This document shows, in pieces, positions 10,293 through 20,372 of a stretch of DNA of 64,000 nucleotides. The notes under the pieces were generated by a model that worked only from the letters and a program-made list of their open reading frames with translations, did no database searches and was not told where the DNA came from. Position 1 is the stretch's first letter; every line of letters starts with the position of its first letter. The translations under genes were made by a program, and so were the position numbers. The DNA is from an uncultured bacterium (GTDB taxonomy: Bacteria; Omnitrophota; Gorgyraeia; Ghiorseimicrobiales; Ghiorseimicrobiaceae), in NCBI GenBank assembly GCA_913009335.1, contig CAJVXN010000003.1, positions 3,899 to 67,898 on the forward strand, read 5' to 3'.

Positions 10293-10874
10293 TCACTCCA
10301 AGACTGAAGACGCAGCACTCGCAACATCGCCAGAAACATCACTATAGCGTATCGTGCCGTTTGTATCTACGAAAAAGGATTTTGCGCCGCTTAAACCCCA
10401 AGCCTCAGGATAAGCAGTAGCAGTAAAACTAATAACATTACCGGCCAAAATAAGTTGATACCCATTCTTGCTCACCGTATCCGCGTTAAAAGTATCATCA
10501 AGATAAGGAGGATCAGATGCAGGAATAGTAAATGAAGCTAAGCTACTGGGATATCCAGGGTTAGCTGCCCTGTAATTTTGCGCTGCTTCTGAGACTAGGC
10601 GTAAATTAGAGATTGCTGCTGATTCTTTAGCATTTACCCGCGCACGCAAAAAATCAGGTATAGCAAGAGAAAGTAATAGCATAACAATTGCCACTACTAT
10701 CATAATTTCCATCAGGGTAAACCCCGTTAGAGATAATCCGCCATGTTTCTTCGGCGGATGTAAATTCACTTTAATATTTGGAGAAAAACGCATCTTACCT
10801 TCAATAGCTTGTGGTAAACCAAACGTATGTTTTGGTATCTCTAACGGGGTAAAACCTTTTGACTCTCGATACAT
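10293..10874 (-). CDS. Type IV pilin-like protein with 44-aa insertion in its leader
   Basis: G|FTLMEIMIVVAIV prepilin motif; RARVNAKESAA; paralog of 13901-14335. Confidence 0.88.
   Translation of the reverse strand: MYRESKGFTPLEIPKHTFGLPQAIEGKMRFSPNIKVNLHPPKKHGGLSLTGFTLMEIMIVVAIVMLLLSLAIPDFLRARVNAKESAAISNLRLVSEAAQNYRAANPGYPSSLASFTIPASDPPYLDDTFNADTVSKNGYQLILAGNVISFTATAYPEAWGLSGAKSFFVDTNGTIRYSDVSGDVASAASSVLE
10722..10849. mobile_element. 128-bp MITE-like element, in frame in the pilin leader
   Basis: 14-bp TIR CCCCGTTAGAGATA; TAAA duplicated on both sides; 132 bp = 44 codons. Confidence 0.85.
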
Positions 10875-10959
10875 AAATACACCTACTTTATAATAATACT
10901 ATATTCCAAACTAACTAATAACAACTAACACTTTCTAACCTTAACTACCATAAAATATT

Positions 10960-10989
10960 ATTATAAGGAATTTACCTTATATCTGTCAA
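10960..10989 (-). promoter_or_regulatory. Sigma70-type promoter for the pilin and possibly the downstream operon
   Basis: TTGACA-18 nt-TATAAT on minus strand. Confidence 0.65.
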
Positions 10990-11082
10990 GGAAATTTTAC
11001 CTCAAAAAAATAACCTCAAATCAACAATAAAGTTAACTTGAGGCTATTAAATATAATATCTAAAGTATATCAGTTATATCCT

Positions 11083-11688
11083 TTATTCTAATTGCCACAT
11101 ATTATCATTAACCCACGTGGAGTCAGCATCTGTAAATACGCTATCAGCCGGCAAAGACTGATCAGTCTCATAAATTACATTGGCTTCCTGCACATAAAAC
11201 CCCTTTTTCCCAGTAGGTAGCTGAAAACCCAATGATTTATACCGTATCGGCCGCGCGATAGCTTTAAAAGTACTCGCAGTCCCTTCAAGAATCTTAAATC
11301 GGTATCCGTCTTTAAAACAAAAACCCTTTCCAGCTGCTCCATATAGCGCAGCAGAATCACAACCCAGTTGAGGACCAAGATACGCAGGCTGGGCAATAGC
11401 AGCGCAATACAGCGCGGGAGCCTCAGCCGAGGCTCCTGTCGGAGGAGGGCCCAGAGGTTTTAAGTCATCCGGAAACGTTGAATTAACCCCCCGGTAAGCC
11501 TGAGCGGCAGATGAAATCATCCGTATAGAAACTAACGCGGAAGACTCATTCGTATTTATCCTCGTACGATATATCTGCGGAAGAGCAATCGCTGTTAATA
11601 AGGTAACAATACTAACAACTATCATAATCTCTATCAAAGTAAATCCTGGCTTATGATTTCGGCATAACTTAGTAATTTTAATATACAT
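11083..11688 (-). CDS. Type IV pilin-like protein
   Basis: G|FTLIEIMIVVSIV; G-rich RBS before ATG 11688. Confidence 0.88.
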   Translation of the reverse strand: MYIKITKLCRNHKPGFTLIEIMIVVSIVTLLTAIALPQIYRTRINTNESSALVSIRMISSAAQAYRGVNSTFPDDLKPLGPPPTGASAEAPALYCAAIAQPAYLGPQLGCDSAALYGAAGKGFCFKDGYRFKILEGTASTFKAIARPIRYKSLGFQLPTGKKGFYVQEANVIYETDQSLPADSVFTDADSTWVNDNMWQLE

Positions 11689-11950
11689 CTCTATCTCCCC
11701 CCCTTTACATAAAAACATATGTATACGCTAGGCCTGTTTTATAGGCTAAATCGTTAATACCACCTCTATTAAAAGTATACCACAACATTATAGCCAATCA
11801 AGCCTAAATGCTAATAAATATTTCTTAACTTACTACAGTCATTGACCATGTAACATATTGGCTTAATTAAAGATAGAATAAATAATAAATAACACGCTCT
11901 ATTTATTATTGTTTTTTAAATAACAATTATACGTAAAAACCAACCTGGGA

Positions 11951-13780
11951 TTACGGCGCAGAAGAAGCCTTAATCATCCAAATGACTCTGCCAAGGCTTT
12001 CCTCTGCCTTTTGATAATCCGGATCTATTTCTAATGCTTTTTCAAAATACCCCTTGGCCTCTCTTAATTTACCCTGGTTGGCTAAGACTACACCAATATT
12101 AAAAAAGGCCTTGGCAAATCCAGGATCAATAGAAGCTGCTTTCTCATATTGGGCAAGCGCATCATCAAACCTGTTATTCTTTTCGTATATACTACCTAAA
12201 TTATTTATTGCCCGAACAAGCTCGGGATTGATGCTAATTGCCTGCTCGTACATTTTAATCGCGTCTTCCTCCATGCCTTTTCTTTCATAAAGGCGGGCCA
12301 AATTATAATAATGGACCGCTGATTTTGGCTTTGATTTTATAATATCCTTATATCTCTTAATATAATTATCTTCTACAATGCTCTTATTCTTTGCTATCGA
12401 TTCTATTTTGGGATTTATTTCCAGGGCCCGCTCGTACATTTTAATCGCGTCTTCCTCCATGCCTAAATGGGCATAGATATTTGCCAGATTATTACGGGTT
12501 ATATAGCTTGCGGGAGAAAACTTATCTGTCCAGCGGTAAAAACTGATAGAATTACGCCAAACATAATTTTGCGAAAAAGTAAGCAGCCCGAAAAATACAA
12601 CTATTGATATAAATAAGGCCTGGGCTAAATATTTTCGCCTAAGGTATAATTTATTAAGCCCATAGGCAATAATCATAAATATGCCGATTGAGGGAAGATA
12701 TAAATAGTGATCGGCCAATATCGCGATAAAGAAAAAACTCGACTGCGGAAACAGCAAAATAAAAAACCAGGTTATATTAAAAATAAAAAACTTCTTGTTT
12801 CTAAACCTACATCTACTAAAAAACACTATTAGAATAATTGCTATAGATATAAACGTTAAAACATGCGCGTCAAATATTCTTACTGCCGGCATCATATAAC
12901 GTTCCATATGAAGATTAACCGGCATAATCAAAAGCCAGAGATAAATAATAACGCCTTTAAAAAAACTAAATATCCTAATAATGCTATTGGGAGAATAAAG
13001 GCTGGCCTTTGCGAAAATGGGTTGGGCAGAAAAATTAAGAATAGTCAAACGTAACACTATATAGAATGCGGCAATAAAAATAAAAGGTAGGAGCCTTTTC
13101 ACTCCGGATACTCTATCCTTCTTTAAGAAAACTTCAAAAATAATTAGAACAGGCACAAAAATCAGGCTCATTTCTTTGGAAAACAAGGAGAATACGAATA
13201 AAAGAATAGAAGATAAGTATAAAATCCTTGAAAACTTAAAAAGATCAAAATGGCGGATATAAAAAAGCAGTGCTGAAAGAATAAAAAATGCGGAAAGTAA
13301 ATCAGCGCGTCCGGATATATAACTTACGCTTTCGCAATGCGCAGGATGAACCACAAACAAAACAGCGGTAAATAAAGCAATAAAATTTAGTCGCTTAAGA
13401 GTTTTATTGTTTTTAGACTCAGTATTGCGCTCTTTTAATAAAAGAGCGCATAAATAAACCGTTAAAATATAGACTAATATCGCATTTAAAATATGTAAAA
13501 GAAAACTATGTAAATGATATCCGAAAGGATTAAACCCAAATATACGGTAATCCAGCATATAGCTGAATACCTGAATAGGCCGATAGTAATTAGTATGCGT
13601 GCCGTTAAGTAATTCCTGGGTTACTGCCCCATGCCAGTTTGCAACATCTTTAATTACCTCATTTGACGTAATCAGAAAATCATCATCCCAGACAAAATCA
13701 TTATTAAAAGAATTGGCATAAGATAGTAAACCGCAAAAAACTACTATTATTATCGCGGGTATAAATGATTTTTTATTCAT
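11951..13780 (-). CDS. GT-C (TMTC/PMT-like) membrane glycosyltransferase with C-terminal TPRs
   Basis: FVWDD, YYRP, GYHL, HPAHCESVSYISGRAD, SKE, HYLYLPS, TPR repeats. Confidence 0.85.
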   Translation of the reverse strand: MNKKSFIPAIIIVVFCGLLSYANSFNNDFVWDDDFLITSNEVIKDVANWHGAVTQELLNGTHTNYYRPIQVFSYMLDYRIFGFNPFGYHLHSFLLHILNAILVYILTVYLCALLLKERNTESKNNKTLKRLNFIALFTAVLFVVHPAHCESVSYISGRADLLSAFFILSALLFYIRHFDLFKFSRILYLSSILLFVFSLFSKEMSLIFVPVLIIFEVFLKKDRVSGVKRLLPFIFIAAFYIVLRLTILNFSAQPIFAKASLYSPNSIIRIFSFFKGVIIYLWLLIMPVNLHMERYMMPAVRIFDAHVLTFISIAIILIVFFSRCRFRNKKFFIFNITWFFILLFPQSSFFFIAILADHYLYLPSIGIFMIIAYGLNKLYLRRKYLAQALFISIVVFFGLLTFSQNYVWRNSISFYRWTDKFSPASYITRNNLANIYAHLGMEEDAIKMYERALEINPKIESIAKNKSIVEDNYIKRYKDIIKSKPKSAVHYYNLARLYERKGMEEDAIKMYEQAISINPELVRAINNLGSIYEKNNRFDDALAQYEKAASIDPGFAKAFFNIGVVLANQGKLREAKGYFEKALEIDPDYQKAEESLGRVIWMIKASSAP

Positions 13781-13782
13781 AT

Positions 13783-13829
13783 TAAGACCCATCCTTCAAA
13801 GGTATCAGGATGGTCTATCCCTGTGGATA
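13783..13829. repeat. Dispersed double-hairpin repeat (copy 1; copy 2 at 53036-53082)
   Basis: TAAGACCCATCCTT..A.GGTAT.AGGATGGTCTA.CCCTG..GG.TA in both places. Confidence 0.75.
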
Positions 13830-13834
13830 CATAT

Positions 13835-13870
13835 AAAAAAATCCGTCCCGACATATGCCAGGACGGATTT
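13835..13870 (-). terminator. Intrinsic terminator after pilin
   Basis: AAATCCGTCC...GGACGGATTT stem followed by U run on minus strand. Confidence 0.75.
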
Positions 13871-13900
13871 AGCGAACTTGCTAAACTGCTTTGTTAATAC

Positions 13901-14335
13901 TTATTCCAATACTGAATCACCAGCAACAGGAGTCTGATCCTCAGTATCATTGTATTTTATGACCCCGCTAGTATCAACAAAGAAATTCCTTGCTCCAGTT
14001 TGTGCCCAATCAGTAGGCATAGCAGTAGCAGTAAAAGAATTAGTTCCTCCTGCAAGAACAAAAGTATATCCCTGCTTTGTTCCATTCCCTAAAACATCAT
14101 CGATGTATGGAGGAGTTTCATTAGGAGAAGCCAAAGAAGCCAACAGTACAGGATAACTCGTGTTAGCCCCTCTATAACTCTGCGCTGCCGTTGAAACAGT
14201 ATGTAGACCGGCTACCGCAGCTGATTGGTTAGCATTTACTCTCGCACGCAATAGGTTAGGTATCGCTATAGCGGCTAATAAAACGATGATCGCAACTACG
14301 ATCATGATTTCAACTAACGTAAAACCTTTTTTCAT
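13901..14335 (-). CDS. Type IV pilin (probable major pilin)
   Basis: MKKG|FTLVEIMIVVAII; strong AGGAGG RBS; own promoter and terminator. Confidence 0.92.
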   Translation of the reverse strand: MKKGFTLVEIMIVVAIIVLLAAIAIPNLLRARVNANQSAAVAGLHTVSTAAQSYRGANTSYPVLLASLASPNETPPYIDDVLGNGTKQGYTFVLAGGTNSFTATAMPTDWAQTGARNFFVDTSGVIKYNDTEDQTPVAGDSVLE

Positions 14336-14477
14336 CTTAAAACGCCTCCTTTCTAAGGTAAGATTAACTTAAAACGCGCTATATTCAGCTTCTTTTATTT
14401 ACTTTTATCATAATGCCGTTACGTTTCCAGGAAGCTGTTGCAGTGCGTCTTAGTCTCCTTAAATTACAATCACTTCT

Positions 14478-14506
14478 TTTATATCACCTCCCTTCTTTAT
14501 TGTCAA
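14478..14506 (-). promoter_or_regulatory. Sigma70-type promoter
   Basis: TTGACA-17 nt-TATAAA. Confidence 0.55.
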
Positions 14507-14515
14507 GAAAAAATA

Positions 14516-14652
14516 AATGAAACCACAACTTATGTCGCTGTATTCCATAAGTTGTATGGCTGAATTTACCCCGCCGTTGGCGGGGTTTAATTCGCAGACG
14601 CCCTTTTGGCTTTAACTTATACCGCTTACGCTCCATAAGTCATCTGCTCATT
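14516..14652. repeat. Composite palindrome: two inverted AATGA..YGAATT hairpin units around ACCCCGCC-GGCGGGGT
   Basis: Related units at 21303, 26735, 28891, 44818 and 53281. Confidence 0.7.
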
Positions 14653-14677
14653 AAAAAACCCATTCGAAAGAATGGGT
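14653..14677 (-). terminator. Riboswitch-associated intrinsic terminator
   Basis: ACCCATTC-TTTC-GAATGGGT-TTTTT on minus strand. Confidence 0.8.
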
Positions 14678-14705
14678 ACAAGTTTAACGGATTCACCAAT
14701 TTAGT

Positions 14706-14800
14706 GAATACGGCAACCCGACAATCATATCCCTTAATAGCTAAAAGACTTAGACTCGCGGCTTTGTGCCCTATCCTTTCAGATAGTTTACCTTTGCCTT
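14706..14800 (-). ncRNA. c-di-GMP-I (GEMM-I) riboswitch
   Basis: Minus strand GGTAAACTATC-TGAAAG-GATAGGGCACAAAGCC..GAGTCTAA..TATG..GTCGGGTTGCCG: GNRA tetraloop, receptor and CAAAG junction. Confidence 0.88.
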
Positions 14801-15016
14801 TAGAGATATTAAATACCTTATATTCTATAATAATACCGTCTAGCCTAAACGCTAGATTATTGAAACTTACTATTACCTCTAAAGAACAATACATATAACT
14901 TACTTATCAAAGAACTCACTTTTCCTATTACAAATATAGCATACAAACTTGCTAATTTCAAGGTCGATAGAGAATAAAAAGTTGTGTTGCATCCGGTTGA
15001 GGCTAAACCTCAACCG

Positions 15017-16876
15017 CTAAAAGCCAGGCTTCTTTTCTTTAAATGCGTCTCTCTTTTCCGACAACTCCTTAATACTCAAGTGCTTGCCGAATAATATATC
15101 ACTATCAATAATTTTAATATTCTCTATCCAGCGCAAAACCTTACTGCATAGCTTATTTTCATCACCCCTCTTACATAATCGTGGATTCTGCCCCTCTTGA
15201 ATAATCAAGCTTAAGTTCGGAAAAATCCTAACATGTAAATTATCCGGAGGCCTAAATAAATCAATACTCGTAAAATCCCGAAAATCTAATAATCTTAAAA
15301 TAATACCCGGAAGCTCATAGAATGCTACTGTCCCTACATCTACCGGGCCATTTTTACCGTCAATTATTATAAGAGGTGTTGACGTATAATCAAGATACAT
15401 AGCCGCCGTAAATTTACCAAGAGAATCATCCAAAAGCCCTCCTGCCTTAAACGCTAAAAATTTCCCACCCAATATGGGGAGATGATCACCACAAATAACA
15501 ATAAGGGCATCAGGGTCATCTTTTTTAATAATTTTTATAAAATCTACTGTTTCTTTTGTACAATATTTAAGCACATTCGCGTATCTTTCAAGAGCCTTAA
15601 TTGGTGGGTTAGATTTAATATAACCGGGGCGCTTTGCCTCATTCAGTTCAAATGGCGGATGCCCCGTAAAAGTAAGTATATATACAAACTTCGGCTTATT
15701 TGCTGCTCTTTTATTCGCTAATTTATAAGCCTGTTTGTATAATGACTCATTTGATAAGAACGCGCCATTTAGATCATCGAATACAAAATTTTTTTCGTAA
15801 AAATAGTAATTAAACCCAAAACGGTAATATATATTATCACGATTCCAAAAACCAGCGATATTAGGATGAAAGGCATATGCCTCATAACCATATCGGGATA
15901 ATAATGCCGGAAGGGCCGGTATATGATTTATAATCCCGCTCTTAAACATTATCTTGTTTCCGTATAAATTAGCCGGATGGCCGGTAAGTAATTCAAATTC
16001 CGGATTAGCCGTTCCCCCGCCAAAAACAGGTGTTAAAACTTTAGAATTTTTCGTCTCACCCCAAATCTTCCTAAATTCATAATCCCAGGGGTCATCAGTA
16101 AATACAATTTTTTTTAATAGAAGAGGGTCCCATAAAGACTCCATTAATATTAAATAGGTATTCCTCGGCTTAAATCCTTCCGGCAAAACAAAATTTTCCG
16201 TAATCGTCTCATCGTTAATATTTAATTCGGCAAGCGCGGAACTAACGCTATCACTATCGGGTGGCTTTGGCCTATCGTTTAAAAACTTTAATCCCCGATA
16301 AGCTAAATACATACTGCCTCCACTCTTGTTCAAATTATGTAATTCATCCCAGCTCCAATAATTAAAATGTGATTCAATGCCCTTTATAATTTTACCAGCA
16401 TTAAAAAGCAATACCGCGGGAATAATCAATAGCATAACAAATGATACGGATGATGCGAATTTACGAATTTTAAAATTAATCAAAAAAATCGTAATAAGCG
16501 ATAAAATAGGAACAACTATAAATAAAACTTGTAACTTATCAATAATAAAACAGAGCTCTAGGAATGAATAAAAATCATCTATAGTAACCGGGGCGCCGAA
16601 ATATCGGCATTTCAGGGCATGCCCGATAAATATAATTCCCATGAATATTGCCTGCTCGATGAAGAAAAGGTAAGTTTTACGCGAGAATGAAAAAAAGATA
16701 TACGCGAAAAATAACTGTATTAAAAAATCAGGAAGCAGGTTAAAACTTAACGCGCTGAAAAAATATAGCCTGCGGATAATGGTATGAAAAATAACATAAA
16801 ATATAGCTGTTGAGATAAAAGGAATGAATAACCGCCGGTGTTTAACGAAACTTACCCAACACTCTTTTAAAAACAT
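15017..16876 (-). CDS. LTA synthase / sulfatase-superfamily membrane protein
   Basis: N-terminal TMs, LMESLWDP, GGGTANPEFE, FWNR, GDHLP. Confidence 0.85.
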   Translation of the reverse strand: MFLKECWVSFVKHRRLFIPFISTAIFYVIFHTIIRRLYFFSALSFNLLPDFLIQLFFAYIFFSFSRKTYLFFIEQAIFMGIIFIGHALKCRYFGAPVTIDDFYSFLELCFIIDKLQVLFIVVPILSLITIFLINFKIRKFASSVSFVMLLIIPAVLLFNAGKIIKGIESHFNYWSWDELHNLNKSGGSMYLAYRGLKFLNDRPKPPDSDSVSSALAELNINDETITENFVLPEGFKPRNTYLILMESLWDPLLLKKIVFTDDPWDYEFRKIWGETKNSKVLTPVFGGGTANPEFELLTGHPANLYGNKIMFKSGIINHIPALPALLSRYGYEAYAFHPNIAGFWNRDNIYYRFGFNYYFYEKNFVFDDLNGAFLSNESLYKQAYKLANKRAANKPKFVYILTFTGHPPFELNEAKRPGYIKSNPPIKALERYANVLKYCTKETVDFIKIIKKDDPDALIVICGDHLPILGGKFLAFKAGGLLDDSLGKFTAAMYLDYTSTPLIIIDGKNGPVDVGTVAFYELPGIILRLLDFRDFTSIDLFRPPDNLHVRIFPNLSLIIQEGQNPRLCKRGDENKLCSKVLRWIENIKIIDSDILFGKHLSIKELSEKRDAFKEKKPGF

Positions 16877-16877
16877 A

Positions 16878-18695
16878 TTATTTTTTCCCTTTCTTGATCA
16901 CATTTTTTAAAAACCGGGTATCCTGGTTTTCTTCTAAGGCTTGCGATACTTTCTTAAGCCAGGCCCCTGTCTCTACCAGCCCGGAATCAATCCTTAAAGC
17001 AGCATCAAATTCTCTCTTTGAAGCGTTATAATCATCCTTATGCCAATAAAGCACCCCTAACATATGGTGAGCGAGCGCGTAATCATTGTCTATATCAATG
17101 GCGAGCTTTAATTCTTTTATTGCCAGATCTAACTGCCCGGACTTCCAAAGAGCCACCCCGAGAAAATAATGATACTTTGGTTCTAAATAACTACCTAGCT
17201 CTAAGGATTTATTATACGCATCTATTGCCTTAAGATATTCACCCTTATTCGCATACATACTGCCTAAACTTGCCCAGGCAACATGCGAGCGCGGATACTC
17301 CTGAATAAAATCTTCAAGCTGAACCATGGCGGCATCTTCCTTGCCGTCCAAATAAATAACCCTGATCAAACTCAAAAATGCCGGATCTTTATTATCGACT
17401 CTTAGATTTAAGGCCTTAAGATAATAATCTTGCGCCTTTTTATAATTGCCTCTTTCCTCTTCTATTACCCCGAGATTATTATATGCATGGTAACTATTCG
17501 GAGAAAATTTCAGTATCCTTAGATAGAAGAGCTTCGGATTCCGCCAGATGAAGTTATACTCCACCGTAATAAAGGTATACATAGTAATTAAGACGGCAGG
17601 AATAAAAATAAATATTTCTTTTATCTTAATTAACCTGGAAAAGGCAAGTGCCGCAATAAAAAATATACCGATAGACGACATATAACAAAAATGCTCGGCA
17701 AAATAAGCATTTATCGCAAATATTCCCGAATAAGGCAATAAAAACAGAAAAAACCAAAATAAACCGAAAGAAAATAACCTTGACTTCCCACCTTTAATAA
17801 AAGCCTTTGCTCCGACGATGATAAGAAGAATTACCCCCAAAACAGACAAAATGATTCCGGCCTCAAGAATTGTATCGGCGGGCTTAAATGCGTAAGACAT
17901 ATGCAAATTAACAGGCAAAAACAAAGTCATAAGATACAGAAAAATAGTCTTTGTAAAGAAAACGCTATTCTTGAAAATCATATCCAGAGAAGGCAAAATC
18001 GCATTATTCGTTAATACAAGAGAACGTAAACACAGATAGGCTGATGCCGCAATAAAAAACGGAAGATAAATAAAAATATTTCGTCTTCTTGATTTTTGAG
18101 TATTATATTTAAAACCCAACCCGTAGAATAATAAAAAAACCGGAAATATCAAAGCAAATTCCTTGGAAAGCATGGCGAGGATAAAAGAAAATAAAGAAAT
18201 AAAATAAAAACCCCTTGTAAATAATATCAATGACAACAATAAAAATAAGGCAACCAGAATATCAGCCCTTCCGGATATATAAGTTACAGTTTCGACATGT
18301 ATAGGATGAACCATAAAAAATAAAGCAGTCAAAAGAGATGTTAGGCCACTACCACTTATGATTAAAATAAAACTATAGACCAAAAGGCCCACTATAATCT
18401 GCAAGATAACATTGGTAAGATGATAACCGTAAGCATCCAGCTTATAGAAATGATAATCCAACATATAAGAAAGACTCTGCAAAGGACGATAAAAATTATT
18501 CCCCGTACTCTTTTGGTTAAATAAATCAGTTAAAAATATCTTAGGCGCATATTTAAAATCTTTTATAAGAGAGTTATGCGTTATTAAGCCTGTATCGTCC
18601 CAGATAAACGGGCTGTTAAGTGAATTAAAATAACAGCCAAAACCTACAAATATTATTAAAATAGCGGCAATTAATCTTTGCTTATTTATTTTCAT
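16878..18695 (-). CDS. GT-C (TMTC/PMT-like) glycosyltransferase with TPRs
   Basis: FIWDD, FYRP, HPIHVETVTYISGRAD, SKE, TPRs. Confidence 0.85.
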   Translation of the reverse strand: MKINKQRLIAAILIIFVGFGCYFNSLNSPFIWDDTGLITHNSLIKDFKYAPKIFLTDLFNQKSTGNNFYRPLQSLSYMLDYHFYKLDAYGYHLTNVILQIIVGLLVYSFILIISGSGLTSLLTALFFMVHPIHVETVTYISGRADILVALFLLLSLILFTRGFYFISLFSFILAMLSKEFALIFPVFLLFYGLGFKYNTQKSRRRNIFIYLPFFIAASAYLCLRSLVLTNNAILPSLDMIFKNSVFFTKTIFLYLMTLFLPVNLHMSYAFKPADTILEAGIILSVLGVILLIIVGAKAFIKGGKSRLFSFGLFWFFLFLLPYSGIFAINAYFAEHFCYMSSIGIFFIAALAFSRLIKIKEIFIFIPAVLITMYTFITVEYNFIWRNPKLFYLRILKFSPNSYHAYNNLGVIEEERGNYKKAQDYYLKALNLRVDNKDPAFLSLIRVIYLDGKEDAAMVQLEDFIQEYPRSHVAWASLGSMYANKGEYLKAIDAYNKSLELGSYLEPKYHYFLGVALWKSGQLDLAIKELKLAIDIDNDYALAHHMLGVLYWHKDDYNASKREFDAALRIDSGLVETGAWLKKVSQALEENQDTRFLKNVIKKGKK

Positions 18696-19593
18696 TATCT
18701 AAAATATTTTGCATATCATCCGGTAAAACATGTTCAAACTCTATAAATTTTCCGCTTGTTGGATGTATAAAGCCTATATACTTAGCATATAAAGCAAGCT
18801 TTATAGACTTATCTTTCTTTCCGTAAGTTACGTCTCCTAATATCGAATGCCCTAATGATGCCATATGCACACGCAACTGATGTGTGCGGCCCGTCTGAGG
18901 AGTCAACTCTAAATGCGAAAATTTGCTATAGCGTTTTATTACCCTGTATCGAGTTGAAGACGGCCGTCCCCCAACCTTAAAATTTACCGCCATCTTCTCG
19001 CGCCTGGTAGGGTGTCTGCCAATAGGCAAATCAATAACACCTTCATCAAATTCTACCACGCCCGATACAAAAGCAACATAAATCCGCTTTATGGAATGCT
19101 CGGAGAATTGTTTACTTAAATGAAGATGCGCGGGATTATTTTTTGCGACAAGTAAAAGCCCTGCGGTATCTTTATCCAGCCTATGAACTAATCCCGGCCG
19201 CTCAGGATTTATACTTGATAATTGCGTAGAATAAAACAACAAAGCATTCACAAGCGTACCGTCTAAATTTCCGGATGCAGGATGTACGACTAATCCCCGG
19301 GATTTATTAACTACCAATAAATCGTCATCTTCGTAAACTATCTCTAAAGGGATATCCTGAGCTTTTAGTTTTTTCTCAGGTTCGGGAGGAATAACTACGC
19401 GGATTACCTGGCTTGGTTTTATTTTCTGGTTAGCTTTGGCAGGATTTCTATCTACACTGACATCTCCGGAACGAATAAGCTTTTGTATAAAGACTCGTGA
19501 GAAAGCCGGCTTCCCCTCGCTTAGTTTCTCAACCAGATATAGGTCCAACCTTATATTCGCACCTTCCTCGACTTCGAATATATACTCTTGCAT
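18682..19593 (-). CDS. rluD: RluA-family pseudouridine synthase
   Basis: S4 domain, HRLDKDT, TGRTHQLRVH. Confidence 0.92.
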   Translation of the reverse strand: MQEYIFEVEEGANIRLDLYLVEKLSEGKPAFSRVFIQKLIRSGDVSVDRNPAKANQKIKPSQVIRVVIPPEPEKKLKAQDIPLEIVYEDDDLLVVNKSRGLVVHPASGNLDGTLVNALLFYSTQLSSINPERPGLVHRLDKDTAGLLLVAKNNPAHLHLSKQFSEHSIKRIYVAFVSGVVEFDEGVIDLPIGRHPTRREKMAVNFKVGGRPSSTRYRVIKRYSKFSHLELTPQTGRTHQLRVHMASLGHSILGDVTYGKKDKSIKLALYAKYIGFIHPTSGKFIEFEHVLPDDMQNILDNENK

Positions 19594-19645
19594 TTTTAAT
19601 GGCGCCGTTAAAGCCTTATCTAAATAAAAGGAAGGCTTTTAATTA

Positions 19646-20362
19646 TTAGTTTTTGCCCTTATTTGATAATCCGGCGAAGTAGAAAAACATCGATACGGAA
19701 AAAATAACTACGCTTATAACCTGGAATAAAGTGAGGATCCCGACAAACGGAGGGCTGTCCCCGCGCAGAAATTCAATAAAGAACCTCGCCATGGAATAAC
19801 ATATAAGGTATAAAATGAATATCTTTCCTTTTGATGGGTTACGGCGCTCCACTGTTTTTAAAGTAAAAAATATCACAAGCATACTAAGCGAAGAAATAGC
19901 CTGAGTAGGATAAAGTGTATTATACAGCGGCCAGAATTTACCGAAACAGCATCCGTTTAACAAACAACCTATCCTGCCTATAGCCTGCCCTAGAGCAAGA
20001 TAAGGAGCCATTAGATCCAATACGCCTAAAATATCCTGCTTCTTTAATTTAAGATAAGAAAATCCTGAAATCAGCGCGGAGATTAAGCCACCGTACCAAA
20101 CAAGGCCTCCATGCTGAAACATGATTATCTCTTTAGGGCTGCTTATGAAGATATCTATGTTCATGATAATAAACAATAATCTCGCCCCGGCTACACCCGC
20201 GATAAGTGATATCAGGCAAAAATTAGAAATAGTGATAAGATTAATGCTTCTTTTTTTAGCCTCTTTTTCCGAAAGAAGAGTTACTGATAAAAAAGCCAAG
20301 GCAAGAAAAAAACCGTAAGAATAAATTTTGAAAGGGCCTATTGTAAAAAGGATAGGATGCAT
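19646..20362 (-). CDS. lgt: Prolipoprotein diacylglyceryl transferase
   Basis: MHPILF, GARL, GGLVWYGG, GQAIGRIGC, RFFIEFLR. Confidence 0.9.
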   Translation of the reverse strand: MHPILFTIGPFKIYSYGFFLALAFLSVTLLSEKEAKKRSINLITISNFCLISLIAGVAGARLLFIIMNIDIFISSPKEIIMFQHGGLVWYGGLISALISGFSYLKLKKQDILGVLDLMAPYLALGQAIGRIGCLLNGCCFGKFWPLYNTLYPTQAISSLSMLVIFFTLKTVERRNPSKGKIFILYLICYSMARFFIEFLRGDSPPFVGILTLFQVISVVIFSVSMFFYFAGLSNKGKN

Positions 20363-20372
20363 AAAATCAATT

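Noticed and set aside
12244-12464. 35-bp exact direct repeat as a DGR template/variable pair or att site
   Set aside because: In-frame TPR duplication (GMEEDAIKMYE); no adenine-specific differences and no reverse transcriptase
14640-14898. ORFs 14640-14894 (-) and 14704-14898 (+)
   Set aside because: Overlap the riboswitch and terminator; no protein motifs
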